DNA of 64,000 nt from Promethearchaeota archaeon (GTDB lineage Archaea > Asgardarchaeota > Lokiarchaeia > Sigyniarchaeales > SOKP01): assembly GCA_018238625.1 (NCBI GenBank), contig JABCSY010000009.1, forward strand, positions 1 to 64,000, read 5' to 3'. Made by a program: the position numbers and the translations under genes. Under the pieces are notes generated by a model. The model saw nothing but the letters and a program-made list of their open reading frames with translations. It searched no databases and was not told where the DNA came from. Positions within the stretch are counted from its first letter, which is position 1. Every line of letters starts with the position of its first letter. Positions 50,642-60,992 of the stretch are shown here, in pieces.

Positions 50642-50727
50642 GGGTAGTTACAAAATTCAGTGGCGACATAATAAATTGATTTTCAATTGCATCCAGATCT
50701 TTTTGATCAAGTTTGTAACTACCCAAA
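50639..50727. mobile_element. MITE-like element or IS scar with 16-bp perfect terminal inverted repeats
   Basis: tttgggtagttacaaa (50639-50654) ... tttgtaactacccaaa (50712-50727), non-coding interior. Confidence 0.65.
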
Positions 50728-50788
50728 AATTTAAATAAAAAAAATCGATTATTTTAATAACCTAAATTTAATTAAGAGAAACAGTCAA

Positions 50789-51505
50789 ATGTTATATCAA
50801 GAAATGTTTAAAGTGGTGTTTGATGGTGTATTATTTAGTATAGTTCTTTTAATCACAGTTTTTTTAGCAGCTTTATTTATCTATAAGGGTAAAAAAGGAA
50901 ACATATTTAAAATCTGTGTTTTGATGGCTATCTTCATGCTAACATTGGGTTCGCCATGGTGGCCGCATATAATTAATTTCTATAGTATTTTATTAGGTAA
51001 TCCTCCATTAACACCGTACTGGTTTGTATTTTTCATTTACTTATTCATTCCAATGGGAATTTGGTTATGGTTTTCGGTCTATTATACACAATTGCATAAA
51101 AATAAATGGTTCTTAGTTATCTTTTCCATTTTAGGATTAGTTTTTTACTTCATAATTTTTGCATCCCTTTGGAATAACGAACTCTTATTAGGTTATCTCC
51201 CAATGATTTTTAGTTCAATAGGTTTAGTTGGAAATTTGTATACAGGCAGTTATTCGTTTTATATGACTCAAAAAAGAGAAGATGTATCAAGAAGTAACAA
51301 AAAAATGCTTTGGGAAACACGATTTTTATCTGGAGCATTTTTATTGTATTCCTTGGCAGCAATTTATGGTGCTCTTACAACTGCTTTACCATTCGAAATT
51401 CCAGGATTTTACGTGATGATGGTAGTTCTGTACATTTCTTTATTCTTGTTCTATCTTGGATTTTTCATACCTGAACGAATAGCTAAATTATTAATCAAGG
51501 GATAA
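50789..51505 (+). CDS. Hypothetical 7-TM membrane protein
   Basis: Seven hydrophobic segments ending LGFFIPERIAKLL. Confidence 0.75.
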   Translation: MLYQEMFKVVFDGVLFSIVLLITVFLAALFIYKGKKGNIFKICVLMAIFMLTLGSPWWPHIINFYSILLGNPPLTPYWFVFFIYLFIPMGIWLWFSVYYTQLHKNKWFLVIFSILGLVFYFIIFASLWNNELLLGYLPMIFSSIGLVGNLYTGSYSFYMTQKREDVSRSNKKMLWETRFLSGAFLLYSLAAIYGALTTALPFEIPGFYVMMVVLYISLFLFYLGFFIPERIAKLLIKG

Positions 51506-51588
51506 CTAGAAAACAAATAATTTTTTTTTTTTAATCTATCTTTTAATTGTAATCAATAGAATAATCGTATTGAGAGTGAGTTTCTTTT

Positions 51589-51829
51589 TTATTGAAATAT
51601 CTACTAGCTTGAAAATCATTGCATTTTTAAACATGAACAGCATAAATTATACTAAATTATTATTTTATGTAAATCCTAAGAATAATAATTATAAAAGAGA
51701 GACAGATTAATTACAAGAAGATGGAATTAAGATTATGCCTATTTTAGAACAACTTAAGGAAGCAACTCAACTTACAAATCCTTGGATTAATAGCTGGAAA
51801 AATGAAGGAAAAAAAGTATTAGGATATTT
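51589..51829 (+). repeat. 241-bp direct repeat copy 2 (intact promoter and gene start)
   Basis: Matches 50401-50641. Confidence 0.9.
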
Positions 51830-52856
51830 TTGTTCTTATATTCCCGAAGAGATTATCTACGCTGCAGATATTTTACCGATTAGGGTTAGAGCAAGATCGT
51901 GTACCGATACACCAATGGCGGATGCCTATTTAAGTTCTACCACATGTAGTTATACAAGATGTTGCCTTGAGCAAATCAATAGAAAAGAATTTGGATACCT
52001 TGATGGAATTGTTTCGTGTAATTGTTGCGACCAAGTTAGGAGACTTTACGATAATATAAGATATAAAACTCCGTTTCCTTACCATTATATCATGGGAGTT
52101 CCCGGTAGTGTCAATGAAACTACATTAGATTGGTTTAAATATGAACTCTCGAAATTCAAAGTAAGTATTGAGAAAAATTTCAATACTACTATTACTGATG
52201 AAAAGTTAGGTGATACAATTAGATTATACAATAATTCTCGTAAATTGCTAAGAGAGATATATGAGCTCAGAAAACAGGATTCTCCTCCTATTACAGGTAG
52301 TGATGTACTAAATATCATTTCAGCAGGAATCTCTATTCCAAGAAATGAGTTTAATGCTTTATTAACGCAGCAACTTGAGGAGATTAAGACTAAAGAGAGT
52401 ATTTCTGATTATAAATCGAGAATAATGATAATCGGTAGTATGCTTGACGAGCCAGAATATTTACAATTAATAGAAGAGCTCGGCGGATTAGTAGTCACTG
52501 ATTCTAATTGTATAGGAACTCGATATTTTTGGGATATGGTTGATGAAACTTCAAGTCCTCTTGATGCTCTTGGAGAGCGTTATTTGTCTAAAATCTCATG
52601 TCCTCGTATGACTGGTGTGCATTTAAAAAGAGCGCAATATATGATGGATATGATTAAAGAGTTTAATGTTGATGGAGTAATTTTTCAAAGAATGAAGTTT
52701 TGTGCGATATGGTGGGCTGAGATTTTCATGCTTCGGGACAAATTGAAGGAAGAAGGTATTCCATTTCTTGATTTAGAAAGAGAATATGTGTTAAGTGGCG
52801 CTGGAGCTGTGAAAACTCGCGTTCAAACCTTTATAGAAATTTTAGAAGCGAGGTGA
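51735..52856 (+). CDS. 2-hydroxyacyl-CoA dehydratase subunit (HgdB/FldC/BcrC-like)
   Basis: GYFCSYIPEEIIYAA, CCD..RRL, CPRM, KFC, KTRVQTFIE. Confidence 0.9.
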   Translation: MPILEQLKEATQLTNPWINSWKNEGKKVLGYFCSYIPEEIIYAADILPIRVRARSCTDTPMADAYLSSTTCSYTRCCLEQINRKEFGYLDGIVSCNCCDQVRRLYDNIRYKTPFPYHYIMGVPGSVNETTLDWFKYELSKFKVSIEKNFNTTITDEKLGDTIRLYNNSRKLLREIYELRKQDSPPITGSDVLNIISAGISIPRNEFNALLTQQLEEIKTKESISDYKSRIMIIGSMLDEPEYLQLIEELGGLVVTDSNCIGTRYFWDMVDETSSPLDALGERYLSKISCPRMTGVHLKRAQYMMDMIKEFNVDGVIFQRMKFCAIWWAEIFMLRDKLKEEGIPFLDLEREYVLSGAGAVKTRVQTFIEILEAR

Positions 52857-54181
52857 AAAAAATGGATATAGAATTATTTAAAAAATATAAGAAATTGGGT
52901 AGAGGAAATTGGGGAAAAGATCTTGCTTTGTGGAAAATGATGTACTTGGGATTTCTAAATAAAAATAAAGATGAAGAATTTAACCCAGTTTTCGAATTAT
53001 TATATAATATCTTCCTTGAGCTTCCTAAGGCAAGGAAAGAAGGGAAACCTGTTATAATGCATTCATTCAATTATGGTCCTGAATTATTTCACGCAATGAA
53101 CTTAGAACCTCTTATGCAGGAATTATTTTCCGTTGGATTAGCCCCGTTAAATCTTAATGAACCTTATATAGATTTTACCAATCAAATTGGATATGGAGAT
53201 AATCCAACAATCTGTAATGCTCAAAGACCATTGATTGGTTCTTTTATGCAAGGTGTTTCGCCAATTCCTGATTTACTATTCTTTCTTTCAACGCCTTGTA
53301 ACTCTCTTGCCATGACTTATCAAGTTTTTGAACATATAGCCAAAGTCCCTGCATATAGTATAGATGTTCCTTATTGGGCTTATGAACGACAAGATAACGA
53401 ATTTTATGATGAAAATACTGTTGAATATATGGTAAAGCAAGTAAAAGATTTAATATCATGGTTAGAAAAAGAAACAAAGCAGAAGTTAGATCCTGAAAAT
53501 CTCCAAAAAACAATGAAAAATGTTAATCAATCAAGGGAATATATATTAGAGTTTAACGAACTTTTAAAAACGGTTCCTTGCCCAGTGCCAAGCCAATCAG
53601 GTTTTGGGAACTTCCTTTCTATGGTGACTCGTGGTGGCACTGATGATGCTGTCAAAGCTACTAAATGGCTACGTGATTCTGCTTTAGAAAATATTAAAGA
53701 TGGGATAGCAGGTGTACCTGATGAGAAGATTAGAATTGCTTGGCCTTATACTCATGTCTTCTTTGATGCCGACCTTCTCATTTGGTTAGAAGAAACATTC
53801 AAAGCAGTGGTGATTATGGATATACTTGGATACTATCAAGTCCTTCCTCACGATATATCAACAGTAGAGAAATGTTATGAGAGTTTAGCTAAGGGAACGT
53901 TAGACTTTTCAATGGTGGGAACGTGTCGTGGTCCAATTGAGTTTTATATCGATTTTTTATTAAATTATGTAAAAGAATATAAAATAGATTGTGTGATTAT
54001 GCCAATGCAATTTGCGTGTAAACACGCATATGGGATAGCTCGAGTTGCTTCAGAAGTTGTGCGAGAACAAACAGGAATTCCATTTTTAATTTTTGGTTGT
54101 GATCCTTACGATTCGCGAGAAGTAACTTCAGACGCTATAAGAGAGAGGATTTCAGAGTTTATCACACAAGTAGTTTTATAA
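52853..54181 (+). CDS. 2-hydroxyacyl-CoA dehydratase subunit (HgdA/FldB/BcrB-like)
   Basis: PELFHAM, ICN, TPCN, FACK, D.YD.R motifs; 4-bp overlap with the upstream gene. Confidence 0.85.
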   Translation: MKKMDIELFKKYKKLGRGNWGKDLALWKMMYLGFLNKNKDEEFNPVFELLYNIFLELPKARKEGKPVIMHSFNYGPELFHAMNLEPLMQELFSVGLAPLNLNEPYIDFTNQIGYGDNPTICNAQRPLIGSFMQGVSPIPDLLFFLSTPCNSLAMTYQVFEHIAKVPAYSIDVPYWAYERQDNEFYDENTVEYMVKQVKDLISWLEKETKQKLDPENLQKTMKNVNQSREYILEFNELLKTVPCPVPSQSGFGNFLSMVTRGGTDDAVKATKWLRDSALENIKDGIAGVPDEKIRIAWPYTHVFFDADLLIWLEETFKAVVIMDILGYYQVLPHDISTVEKCYESLAKGTLDFSMVGTCRGPIEFYIDFLLNYVKEYKIDCVIMPMQFACKHAYGIARVASEVVREQTGIPFLIFGCDPYDSREVTSDAIRERISEFITQVVL

Positions 54182-54199
54182 AGGAGGTTTATTATAGAA

Positions 54200-54973
54200 A
54201 TGTTAGTAGCTGGATGTGATGTTGGTTCATTAACAGGAAAAGCAGTAATATTACAGGATGGTGAAATTTTATGTTATAGTATTGTTCCTACAACACCCAA
54301 GCCTGAAAGAACTGCTCAAAATGCAATGGATGCGGCACTTCAAAAAAAAAACTTATCTTTGAACGATATCGAATTCATTGTAGGGACGGGATATGGTAGG
54401 ATTAAAATTCCTTTTGCCACTTCTCAAATATCAGAATTATCATGTCATGGTAAAGGTGCCCACTCGGTTCTCCCATCAGTTAGAACTATAATTGATGTGG
54501 GAGGTCAGGATTGTAAAGTAATTAAAGTGGATAAGAATGGAAAGATACTAGATTTTGCCATGAATGATAAATGTGCCGCAGGAACGGGAAGATTTTTGGA
54601 AGTAATGGCTAGAACTCTGGAACTCAAGCTTGAAGAGCTCGGTCCAATATCTTTGGAATCAAAGAATCAGGCTAAAATAACTGCTCAATGTAGTGTCTTT
54701 GCTGAAACAGAGGTAGTTAGTCTTATGGCCGATGGTATAGAAGTAGCAGATATAGTTGCTGGGATTCACGATGCTGTAGCCTCTAGAATTATGTCTCTTG
54801 TGTATAGAGTTGGCCTTGAAGAAGATTTGACCATAACTGGAGGTGTAGCAAAGAATATAGGAGTTGTAACCTATCTAGAAAAAAGGCTGGGGGTCACCTC
54901 AAAAAAATTACCAGTTGATCCTCAAATAATAGGAGCGTTAGGAGCTGCTTTAACAGCAAAAGAGCAAAAATAA
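54200..54973 (+). CDS. hgdC: ATP-dependent dehydratase activase (HgdC/BadF-type)
   Basis: GCDVGS, TGYGR, IDVGGQD.K, MNDKCAAGTGRFLE, CSVFAETE, GGVAKN. Confidence 0.92.
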   Translation: MLVAGCDVGSLTGKAVILQDGEILCYSIVPTTPKPERTAQNAMDAALQKKNLSLNDIEFIVGTGYGRIKIPFATSQISELSCHGKGAHSVLPSVRTIIDVGGQDCKVIKVDKNGKILDFAMNDKCAAGTGRFLEVMARTLELKLEELGPISLESKNQAKITAQCSVFAETEVVSLMADGIEVADIVAGIHDAVASRIMSLVYRVGLEEDLTITGGVAKNIGVVTYLEKRLGVTSKKLPVDPQIIGALGAALTAKEQK

Positions 54974-55008
54974 AAAAAATATTTTAAGAAAAAATCTTTA
55001 ATTCTATT

Positions 55009-56250
55009 TCATTTAATCGTTTTCTCTATTAGCTGAGAAATATCATATGCCTTGATTTCGTCATTTTTAATATTAGATTTGAATTGATTTAGACAAAATG
55101 GGCAAGATGAGACTATTGCTGACGCATTGGTATCTTTAGCTTCTTCAATACGTTCGCGAGCAGCGAATTCTGACAAATCTTTAAATGCAGCTCTCACTCC
55201 ACCGCCAGAGCCACAACACCACGCGTTATGTTTATTTCGATTCATTTCAACGAGTTCAATCCCAGGAATTTCTTCTAAAACAGCTCTGGGTTCTTTATAC
55301 ATTCCCATGTGGCGCCCAATATGACAAGGATCATGATACGTAATTTTCATGTTAACTTCGTTCTTGAAATTCAAATCTCCACTTTTAATCATGTTTAATA
55401 AAAATTCTGGTAAATGCATCACCTTTATTCCATGCTTTAATCCGAATTTTTTAGGGTAAATGTCTTTTAACGCTCTATAACAGCCCGCACAGGAAGTTAT
55501 TATCTTTTCTATCCCCGAATCCTTAAACATCTTAACGTTATCTTCTGCTATTTTTCTTGCATAATCCACTTGGCCCGTCATATATACGGGAGAACCACAA
55601 CAACTTTCGTTTTCAAGAATCTTAAACTCAATACCAAGCGTATTCAATATTCTAACGGTAGAAATAGCAATTTCTTTTTCTCGATAACTCGATGTACAGC
55701 CAACAAAGTATGCTAATTTTGCGTTTGGAGATTGGAAAGCATCTGAAGGAAACCAATCTAATCGACTTTCATTTTTTTCTCCATAGGGGTTATGAAGCTC
55801 TTCTACATATTTCGTGTACTGTTTTTGTTCGGGCATTGGACCAAATCCAGCGCGAACGGCTTCTTCTCTCATCGCCATTAACCATTCACCAGCATAAGTG
55901 TGAAGCTCTGGTATTTGGCATTGCTGGGTACACGCTAAACATAAAGAACATTCGTAAAAAATTCGAGCTAGATTATCAGTCCATTTAAGTTTATTTGACA
56001 TTAAACCCCAGCTAAGAAGATTCTTCCCACCCAAATAATATGCTTCAAACTGCCCAAATTCACCTGAGGGACACACACGAGCCCAATTGACATCCTGAAA
56101 AACAGTTCTACAGGTTCCACATTTCCCACATTGGTATACTATATCTTTATAATGTTCAATCTCTTTGTGTCTATCTATCGTGTGTTCTTCTTGTTTCATA
56201 TCTATTTTTTCTATACCCGTACCTCTTATATATCTAACTTTTTTTGCCAT
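55009..56250 (-). CDS. Fe-S oxidoreductase, HdrD/GlcF-like
   Basis: CGKCGTC, CSLCLACTQQC, two CCG domains, YHDPCH.GR. Confidence 0.9.
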   Translation of the reverse strand: MAKKVRYIRGTGIEKIDMKQEEHTIDRHKEIEHYKDIVYQCGKCGTCRTVFQDVNWARVCPSGEFGQFEAYYLGGKNLLSWGLMSNKLKWTDNLARIFYECSLCLACTQQCQIPELHTYAGEWLMAMREEAVRAGFGPMPEQKQYTKYVEELHNPYGEKNESRLDWFPSDAFQSPNAKLAYFVGCTSSYREKEIAISTVRILNTLGIEFKILENESCCGSPVYMTGQVDYARKIAEDNVKMFKDSGIEKIITSCAGCYRALKDIYPKKFGLKHGIKVMHLPEFLLNMIKSGDLNFKNEVNMKITYHDPCHIGRHMGMYKEPRAVLEEIPGIELVEMNRNKHNAWCCGSGGGVRAAFKDLSEFAARERIEEAKDTNASAIVSSCPFCLNQFKSNIKNDEIKAYDISQLIEKTIK

Positions 56251-56251
56251 A

Positions 56252-57688
56252 CTAACTACCCCAACCGTGTCCTGGATTCATTATCATATTTGGATCCAAA
56301 AGCTTTTTTATTTTTCTAATCAACTCGTTAGTAGCGGGTAAGGTTTTTTCCTCATACACCTCATGAGCCCAAGGTGGAGCCTTATACATTACAACGCCAT
56401 CAATTGATTGAACTTCTTCATGGATTTCCTTTAATACTTGTCGAGCAGACTCAATTTCCTTGGGATCGTCTTTATTAAAATTTATGTTAGTTCGAGCCAC
56501 ACAATAATGACCACCAAATAAAATTCGGGAGTAAAATTGTGGGGTGTGCCCGTATTTTAGAGCTATTTCTCTCGCTAGAGCGTAAAAATTCGCGATGTCT
56601 CGAGTTGAACAATAACTTCCAATCCATTGACCCCCACCGCCCCTAGAGAAATTCCAGCAGCCAAATAATTGAATTGGCATTGCATCGAGAAGTTCTGTGT
56701 CAATTCCTTGGGGTTCAATAAGACCACCTTCTTTGAAGATGGCTTCAATTGCTTCGCATTGAGCTTCATGTTGTTTTTGGGTATATGCCTGTGTGGTAAT
56801 TATTCCTGCGAAATCGGGTAATCTTTTTTCTAAGGGATCTATAGGAATCTTTTTTGCATTTGCAGCTAATGTCGATTGAAGCCACCCATAGTTTTGAATT
56901 ACAAGATCACATATACCTAACCCTACTTTCGAAAGCTTAAGCATAACTGGGACGCCAACATCCATAGTCCTCCCAACCGTAATATAATTCCTTCGATATG
57001 GTAGTTTTGGCCAGAGTTTTATGGCTGCTTTAGTCACGATTCCTGTAGATCCTTCCCAACCAATGAACAGACCTGCTAAATCGGGTAACGGTTGTCTTCC
57101 GTACCAGTAATCAGAAAGACAACAAGAACCTATTTTCACTAATTCACCCGAGCCTAAGACTACTTCTAAGCCATTGATGAATTCTGCTCCAGTTCCACCA
57201 AGCATTCCCAAATCAAACATACCATAACATAAGCAAGAAGCTACTACTCCAGTTCCGGGTGGCGACCAAGTTACGCCCGCTCTTAAATCAGTATTGTGTT
57301 TTTGAAGGTAACCCTGTAAATCGGCCCATGTTGTTCCGCCTTCGACTAAAGCATACATATCATCTTCATTCACTTCAATTATTCGATTAAGCCTCCTCAA
57401 GTCAACGACGATTCCTCCCTTCATTGGTGTAGCAGTAGAACCAAAGTTGATCCCCGAAACCCAAGGTATAATTGGAGTTTTGTGCTTATTTGCAATTTTA
57501 ACGATTTCTTGGACTTCTTCCGCGGAATTTGGCATTATTACAATATCACATATTCCTTCTGGTTCAGCCGTGATGAAATCATAGTGGTAGAGAAACGTTA
57601 TTTCAGGTTGATCTGAGACGTATTTTTCTCCAACAACTTTTCCTAATTCATTAACTATTTCGCTATCAATCATAATTAATTCACCCAT
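56252..57688 (-). CDS. FAD-binding oxidoreductase, GlcD/D-lactate dehydrogenase-like
   Basis: P...EEVQ.IVK.AN, GLEVVL.SG, G.EG..GIVTK, K.LLDPN.IMNPG. Confidence 0.88.
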   Translation of the reverse strand: MGELIMIDSEIVNELGKVVGEKYVSDQPEITFLYHYDFITAEPEGICDIVIMPNSAEEVQEIVKIANKHKTPIIPWVSGINFGSTATPMKGGIVVDLRRLNRIIEVNEDDMYALVEGGTTWADLQGYLQKHNTDLRAGVTWSPPGTGVVASCLCYGMFDLGMLGGTGAEFINGLEVVLGSGELVKIGSCCLSDYWYGRQPLPDLAGLFIGWEGSTGIVTKAAIKLWPKLPYRRNYITVGRTMDVGVPVMLKLSKVGLGICDLVIQNYGWLQSTLAANAKKIPIDPLEKRLPDFAGIITTQAYTQKQHEAQCEAIEAIFKEGGLIEPQGIDTELLDAMPIQLFGCWNFSRGGGGQWIGSYCSTRDIANFYALAREIALKYGHTPQFYSRILFGGHYCVARTNINFNKDDPKEIESARQVLKEIHEEVQSIDGVVMYKAPPWAHEVYEEKTLPATNELIRKIKKLLDPNMIMNPGHGWGS

Positions 57689-57800
57689 TAAATATTATTA
57701 ATTCATTACCATTAATTATACTAATTTTAGAGAATTTAATTTTTATTTAACCTAATTATTATTTAAATATATAGAAATATGTATAGAAATCTCGTCAGTA

Positions 57801-58907
57801 ATGAGAAAAAAGATTAAAGTATTTGGTGCTGCTGTTGATGCGAGCGACTTCCCTCTTAGCATTCAGATGAAGCTTACCTACTTAAATCAATTAGCTCAAA
57901 ATTTTGGGCAAAAAAATAAGTCAAATTTCATAGATCCATATGAAGCTTTTCTTATGCATTCTAGTATTTTAACAGAGCAAAAATTCCTAAAGATTGGTAA
58001 ATTTTCTATTGACTCTTGGCTAACACCTAAACCAAAACTGGAGGACTTCCATCTAATAAATCAATTTAATTTCTCAAATTTTACAAATGATGGCTTATTA
58101 AAACCAATTTCAGATAATCTTAAGAGATATATAAACATTAATGTATTACCAGACATCCCCTTAATGATTGGAGTCGATCATTCGTTAACGGGAGGGGTTT
58201 TAACTGCTCTTTCTAAGGAATATGGACCTGAAAATCTATTAGTCTTAATTTTTGACGCTCATTTTGATGGGTTACCAGCGAATATATCAGTCGATATCGC
58301 AAAATATACAAAAGATCATCCCAATGAAGTAAATCCTTTAGTACTTGAATATAATTATTCACAAATGGAAGGTATTGAGATTAAAAATACTTACACTTGT
58401 GCTTCGTTTTTAAATAATTTGATAAATGCTAAAATCATAAAACCTGAAAATTTGATAATTTTTGGATGTCAAGATTATCCAGATGAAAAATATCGAGCTT
58501 TAAATGATCCAAGAATCGTAGAATTTGTTGAGTTTTACGATAAAATGGAAAGAAATGGTGTTAAATTCATACCCAAAGCAGAAACCTCACAAATGCTTGG
58601 TAAATTAAATCAAATCCTAAAGGATACAGTGAAATCAAATTTTTATCTGTCCTTTGACGTAGATGTTGGTGCCTTAAAAGAAATTATTGCTTGCCGATTT
58701 AGAAATGCTATAGGACTTGATCAATCAACTATCATAAGTGCTGCTAAAATTGTTAACAACATAATAAAATCAGCAGATAATAAGCTAGTCGGTCTTGATG
58801 TGATGGAAATTGAAACTTTTTTACTAAATAAGGTTTTTCCTAAGTCAGGTAGGGAAGATCTAACAATTGAAGTGGTGGATAATTTTCTTAGAACTTTTTT
58901 TTACTAA
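57801..58907 (+). CDS. Arginase/ureohydrolase family protein
   Basis: GVDHS, DAHFD, SFDVD metal-binding motifs. Confidence 0.85.
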   Translation: MRKKIKVFGAAVDASDFPLSIQMKLTYLNQLAQNFGQKNKSNFIDPYEAFLMHSSILTEQKFLKIGKFSIDSWLTPKPKLEDFHLINQFNFSNFTNDGLLKPISDNLKRYININVLPDIPLMIGVDHSLTGGVLTALSKEYGPENLLVLIFDAHFDGLPANISVDIAKYTKDHPNEVNPLVLEYNYSQMEGIEIKNTYTCASFLNNLINAKIIKPENLIIFGCQDYPDEKYRALNDPRIVEFVEFYDKMERNGVKFIPKAETSQMLGKLNQILKDTVKSNFYLSFDVDVGALKEIIACRFRNAIGLDQSTIISAAKIVNNIIKSADNKLVGLDVMEIETFLLNKVFPKSGREDLTIEVVDNFLRTFFY

Positions 58908-58947
58908 ATCTTAGAAATTAAAAAAAAAATAAGAATTATTTTGATAA

Positions 58948-59346
58948 CTATTTCTTTTCTTCTCTTAGATAGAAAAAGGTATTGAAGACTACTAATACTA
59001 TCATTACGATGGTGTCTAACCAATGAAAGACGAGATTAGTTGCTGAGCGAGTTACATACATATTAGAGGTAAGATTGACAAGGGCCATTATAATAAGACC
59101 TATAATCGCATATAGGAAAAACAATTTGATATAATCCCAATCTCCCTTAATTATTCCAAGCAAAACTGGAATTCCCATAGCGATTAAGACTCCACCAAAA
59201 AGACGCCAAAAGTGAGGGTCAAAATAAGGTGCCTCATTAAGAGTATAAATAGCTTCTGGAAGAAACAAATACATTATTCCGTAGACAACTGCGACGATCA
59301 TGTTAATGATTAACACAATTTTCATTTCTTTTGAGAATTCTGCCAT
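58948..59346 (-). CDS. Hypothetical 4-TM membrane protein
   Basis: Four hydrophobic segments. Confidence 0.72.
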   Translation of the reverse strand: MAEFSKEMKIVLIINMIVAVVYGIMYLFLPEAIYTLNEAPYFDPHFWRLFGGVLIAMGIPVLLGIIKGDWDYIKLFFLYAIIGLIIMALVNLTSNMYVTRSATNLVFHWLDTIVMIVLVVFNTFFYLREEKK

Positions 59347-59455
59347 GATTTATATACCTTGAATTTAGTTTTATAAAAAAATTATGAAAAATTATAATGA
59401 ATAATATGTTAAATGCATATAAAAGTTTTTACAAAAATGTAAATCAAATTCTTTT

Positions 59456-60001
59456 CTATTCCCGAATATAGTATTCCCAACCGGGTTTCCAAGAGTTTGT
59501 TAGCCTCCAATCTTCAGCAATCGCTTGCCTCCATGTTTTACTTTTTAAAATTACATCTAACGCTAATTGAGGAGCATGATGAGCAACGATAGCGACATGT
59601 TTTCCAGAATATTTTCTCCTTATGGAATTTAAAAACTTAGAAATCCTAGTTTCAACATCCTTATAACTTTCCCCATTAGGGAATGGTTTTTTAATGTATT
59701 CAATCAAATTGGATCGAAATTCAGAAATAGGTTTATTTGTGAAATCACCAAGATCAGCTTCTCTTAATCGTTTATCTTGAATTATTTGAAATTTACTGCC
59801 AAATGCGAGATTAGCTGTATCAACAGCTCTCTTTAAATCAGAAGTAAATATTGCATCGAATTTTTTATTTGATACTATGTTTCCTAGCTCAATTGATTGC
59901 TTTATTCCTAAATTTGATAATTCACCAGGTAACCAACCAGCAGCTATTCCCATCTCATTTTGTGTCGTTGTACCGTGAACAAAATAAGTTATTTTTATCA
60001 T
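59456..60001 (-). CDS. Histidine phosphatase (phosphoglycerate mutase-like) family protein
   Basis: VHG.T..N, SDLKRA..T, RLRE, PNGES, IVAH. Confidence 0.88.
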   Translation of the reverse strand: MIKITYFVHGTTTQNEMGIAAGWLPGELSNLGIKQSIELGNIVSNKKFDAIFTSDLKRAVDTANLAFGSKFQIIQDKRLREADLGDFTNKPISEFRSNLIEYIKKPFPNGESYKDVETRISKFLNSIRRKYSGKHVAIVAHHAPQLALDVILKSKTWRQAIAEDWRLTNSWKPGWEYYIRE

Positions 60002-60005
60002 TTTC

Positions 60006-60713
60006 TTACTTTAGAACAAAATACAATCTCCTGTTGTTCTTTCCTTTATTAACAGTTTTAAGGATTTCAATCTTACCTATTTCATTCAAATTTTTAACGT
60101 GCGTTCCACCATCTACTTGTTCGTCTATATCTCCAATTTTAATAATACGAAATTCCTTAATGTTTTTCGGTAATCCTATTGCTAATCTGGCCAGTTCTGG
60201 TTTTTGTAAAACTTCTTCTCGAGACATATAACCTATTGTAACAGGTAGATTTTTTTGGATAATACCATTTGCTTCATTAACATAAGTATGTAATTTCTCA
60301 GGAGAATAATCTTCCATTGAGAAATCCATTCTTGCTTTATCTAATTCAATCTGATTGCCCGTGATTTTAGCTTTCGCTCTTCGGAATAGTAAGTTTGAGA
60401 CGAGATGACAAGCAGTATGGTAACGCATATAGGTATATCGCCTCTCCCAATCGATTTCGCATGAAACTGTATCTCCTTCTTTTAATCCCGGTTTTTCTAC
60501 TTCGTGGCTAATTTCCCCAGAAAATTTGCCTACATAAACAACCTTGAATTTTTCACCGTCTTTAATTATAAAACCCTCGTCCCAAGGTTGACCGCCTCCT
60601 TTAGGGTAGAAGGCTGTTTTATCAAGGACAATATATTTATCATCTTTCACAGAAACAACTTTAGCGTTCCAATTCCTTAAATAGGAATCTTTCATGTATA
60701 ATGCTTCCGTCAT
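60006..60713 (-). CDS. alaXM: Alanyl-tRNA editing protein AlaX-M
   Basis: LYMKDSY, FYPKGGGQP.D.G, MRYHTACH, DGGTHV; start placed at MTEALY. Confidence 0.92.
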   Translation of the reverse strand: MTEALYMKDSYLRNWNAKVVSVKDDKYIVLDKTAFYPKGGGQPWDEGFIIKDGEKFKVVYVGKFSGEISHEVEKPGLKEGDTVSCEIDWERRYTYMRYHTACHLVSNLLFRRAKAKITGNQIELDKARMDFSMEDYSPEKLHTYVNEANGIIQKNLPVTIGYMSREEVLQKPELARLAIGLPKNIKEFRIIKIGDIDEQVDGGTHVKNLNEIGKIEILKTVNKGKNNRRLYFVLK

Positions 60714-60839
60714 AGAGTATAAGAAAGTAGTTATGCTTATAATTTTATTCTTATGGTTTTCTGACAATATCCAAAATCTCTAAAATTCAAATAGTTCTTA
60801 AATATAACTAACAGAAATGTCAAATCGATGGAAATTTTA

Positions 60840-60992
60840 TTAATCTTTCTCATAAAGTTCTCCTGGTTTCGCACCACAGAAAGCTTCGAGTTTCATAAAT
60901 TTCATTTCTTTCGAGCAATTGGGGCAGAAATATTTGCCAGGTTCTTTATCAGAAAACGAGTAACCACATTCTTTACAAACTACTGTGTTCAT
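60840..60992 (-). CDS. Small zinc-finger protein (50 aa)
   Basis: Manual translation MNTVVCKECGYSFSDKEPGKYFCPNCSKEMKFMKLEAFCGAKPGELYEKD*. Confidence 0.7.
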   Translation of the reverse strand: MNTVVCKECGYSFSDKEPGKYFCPNCSKEMKFMKLEAFCGAKPGELYEKD

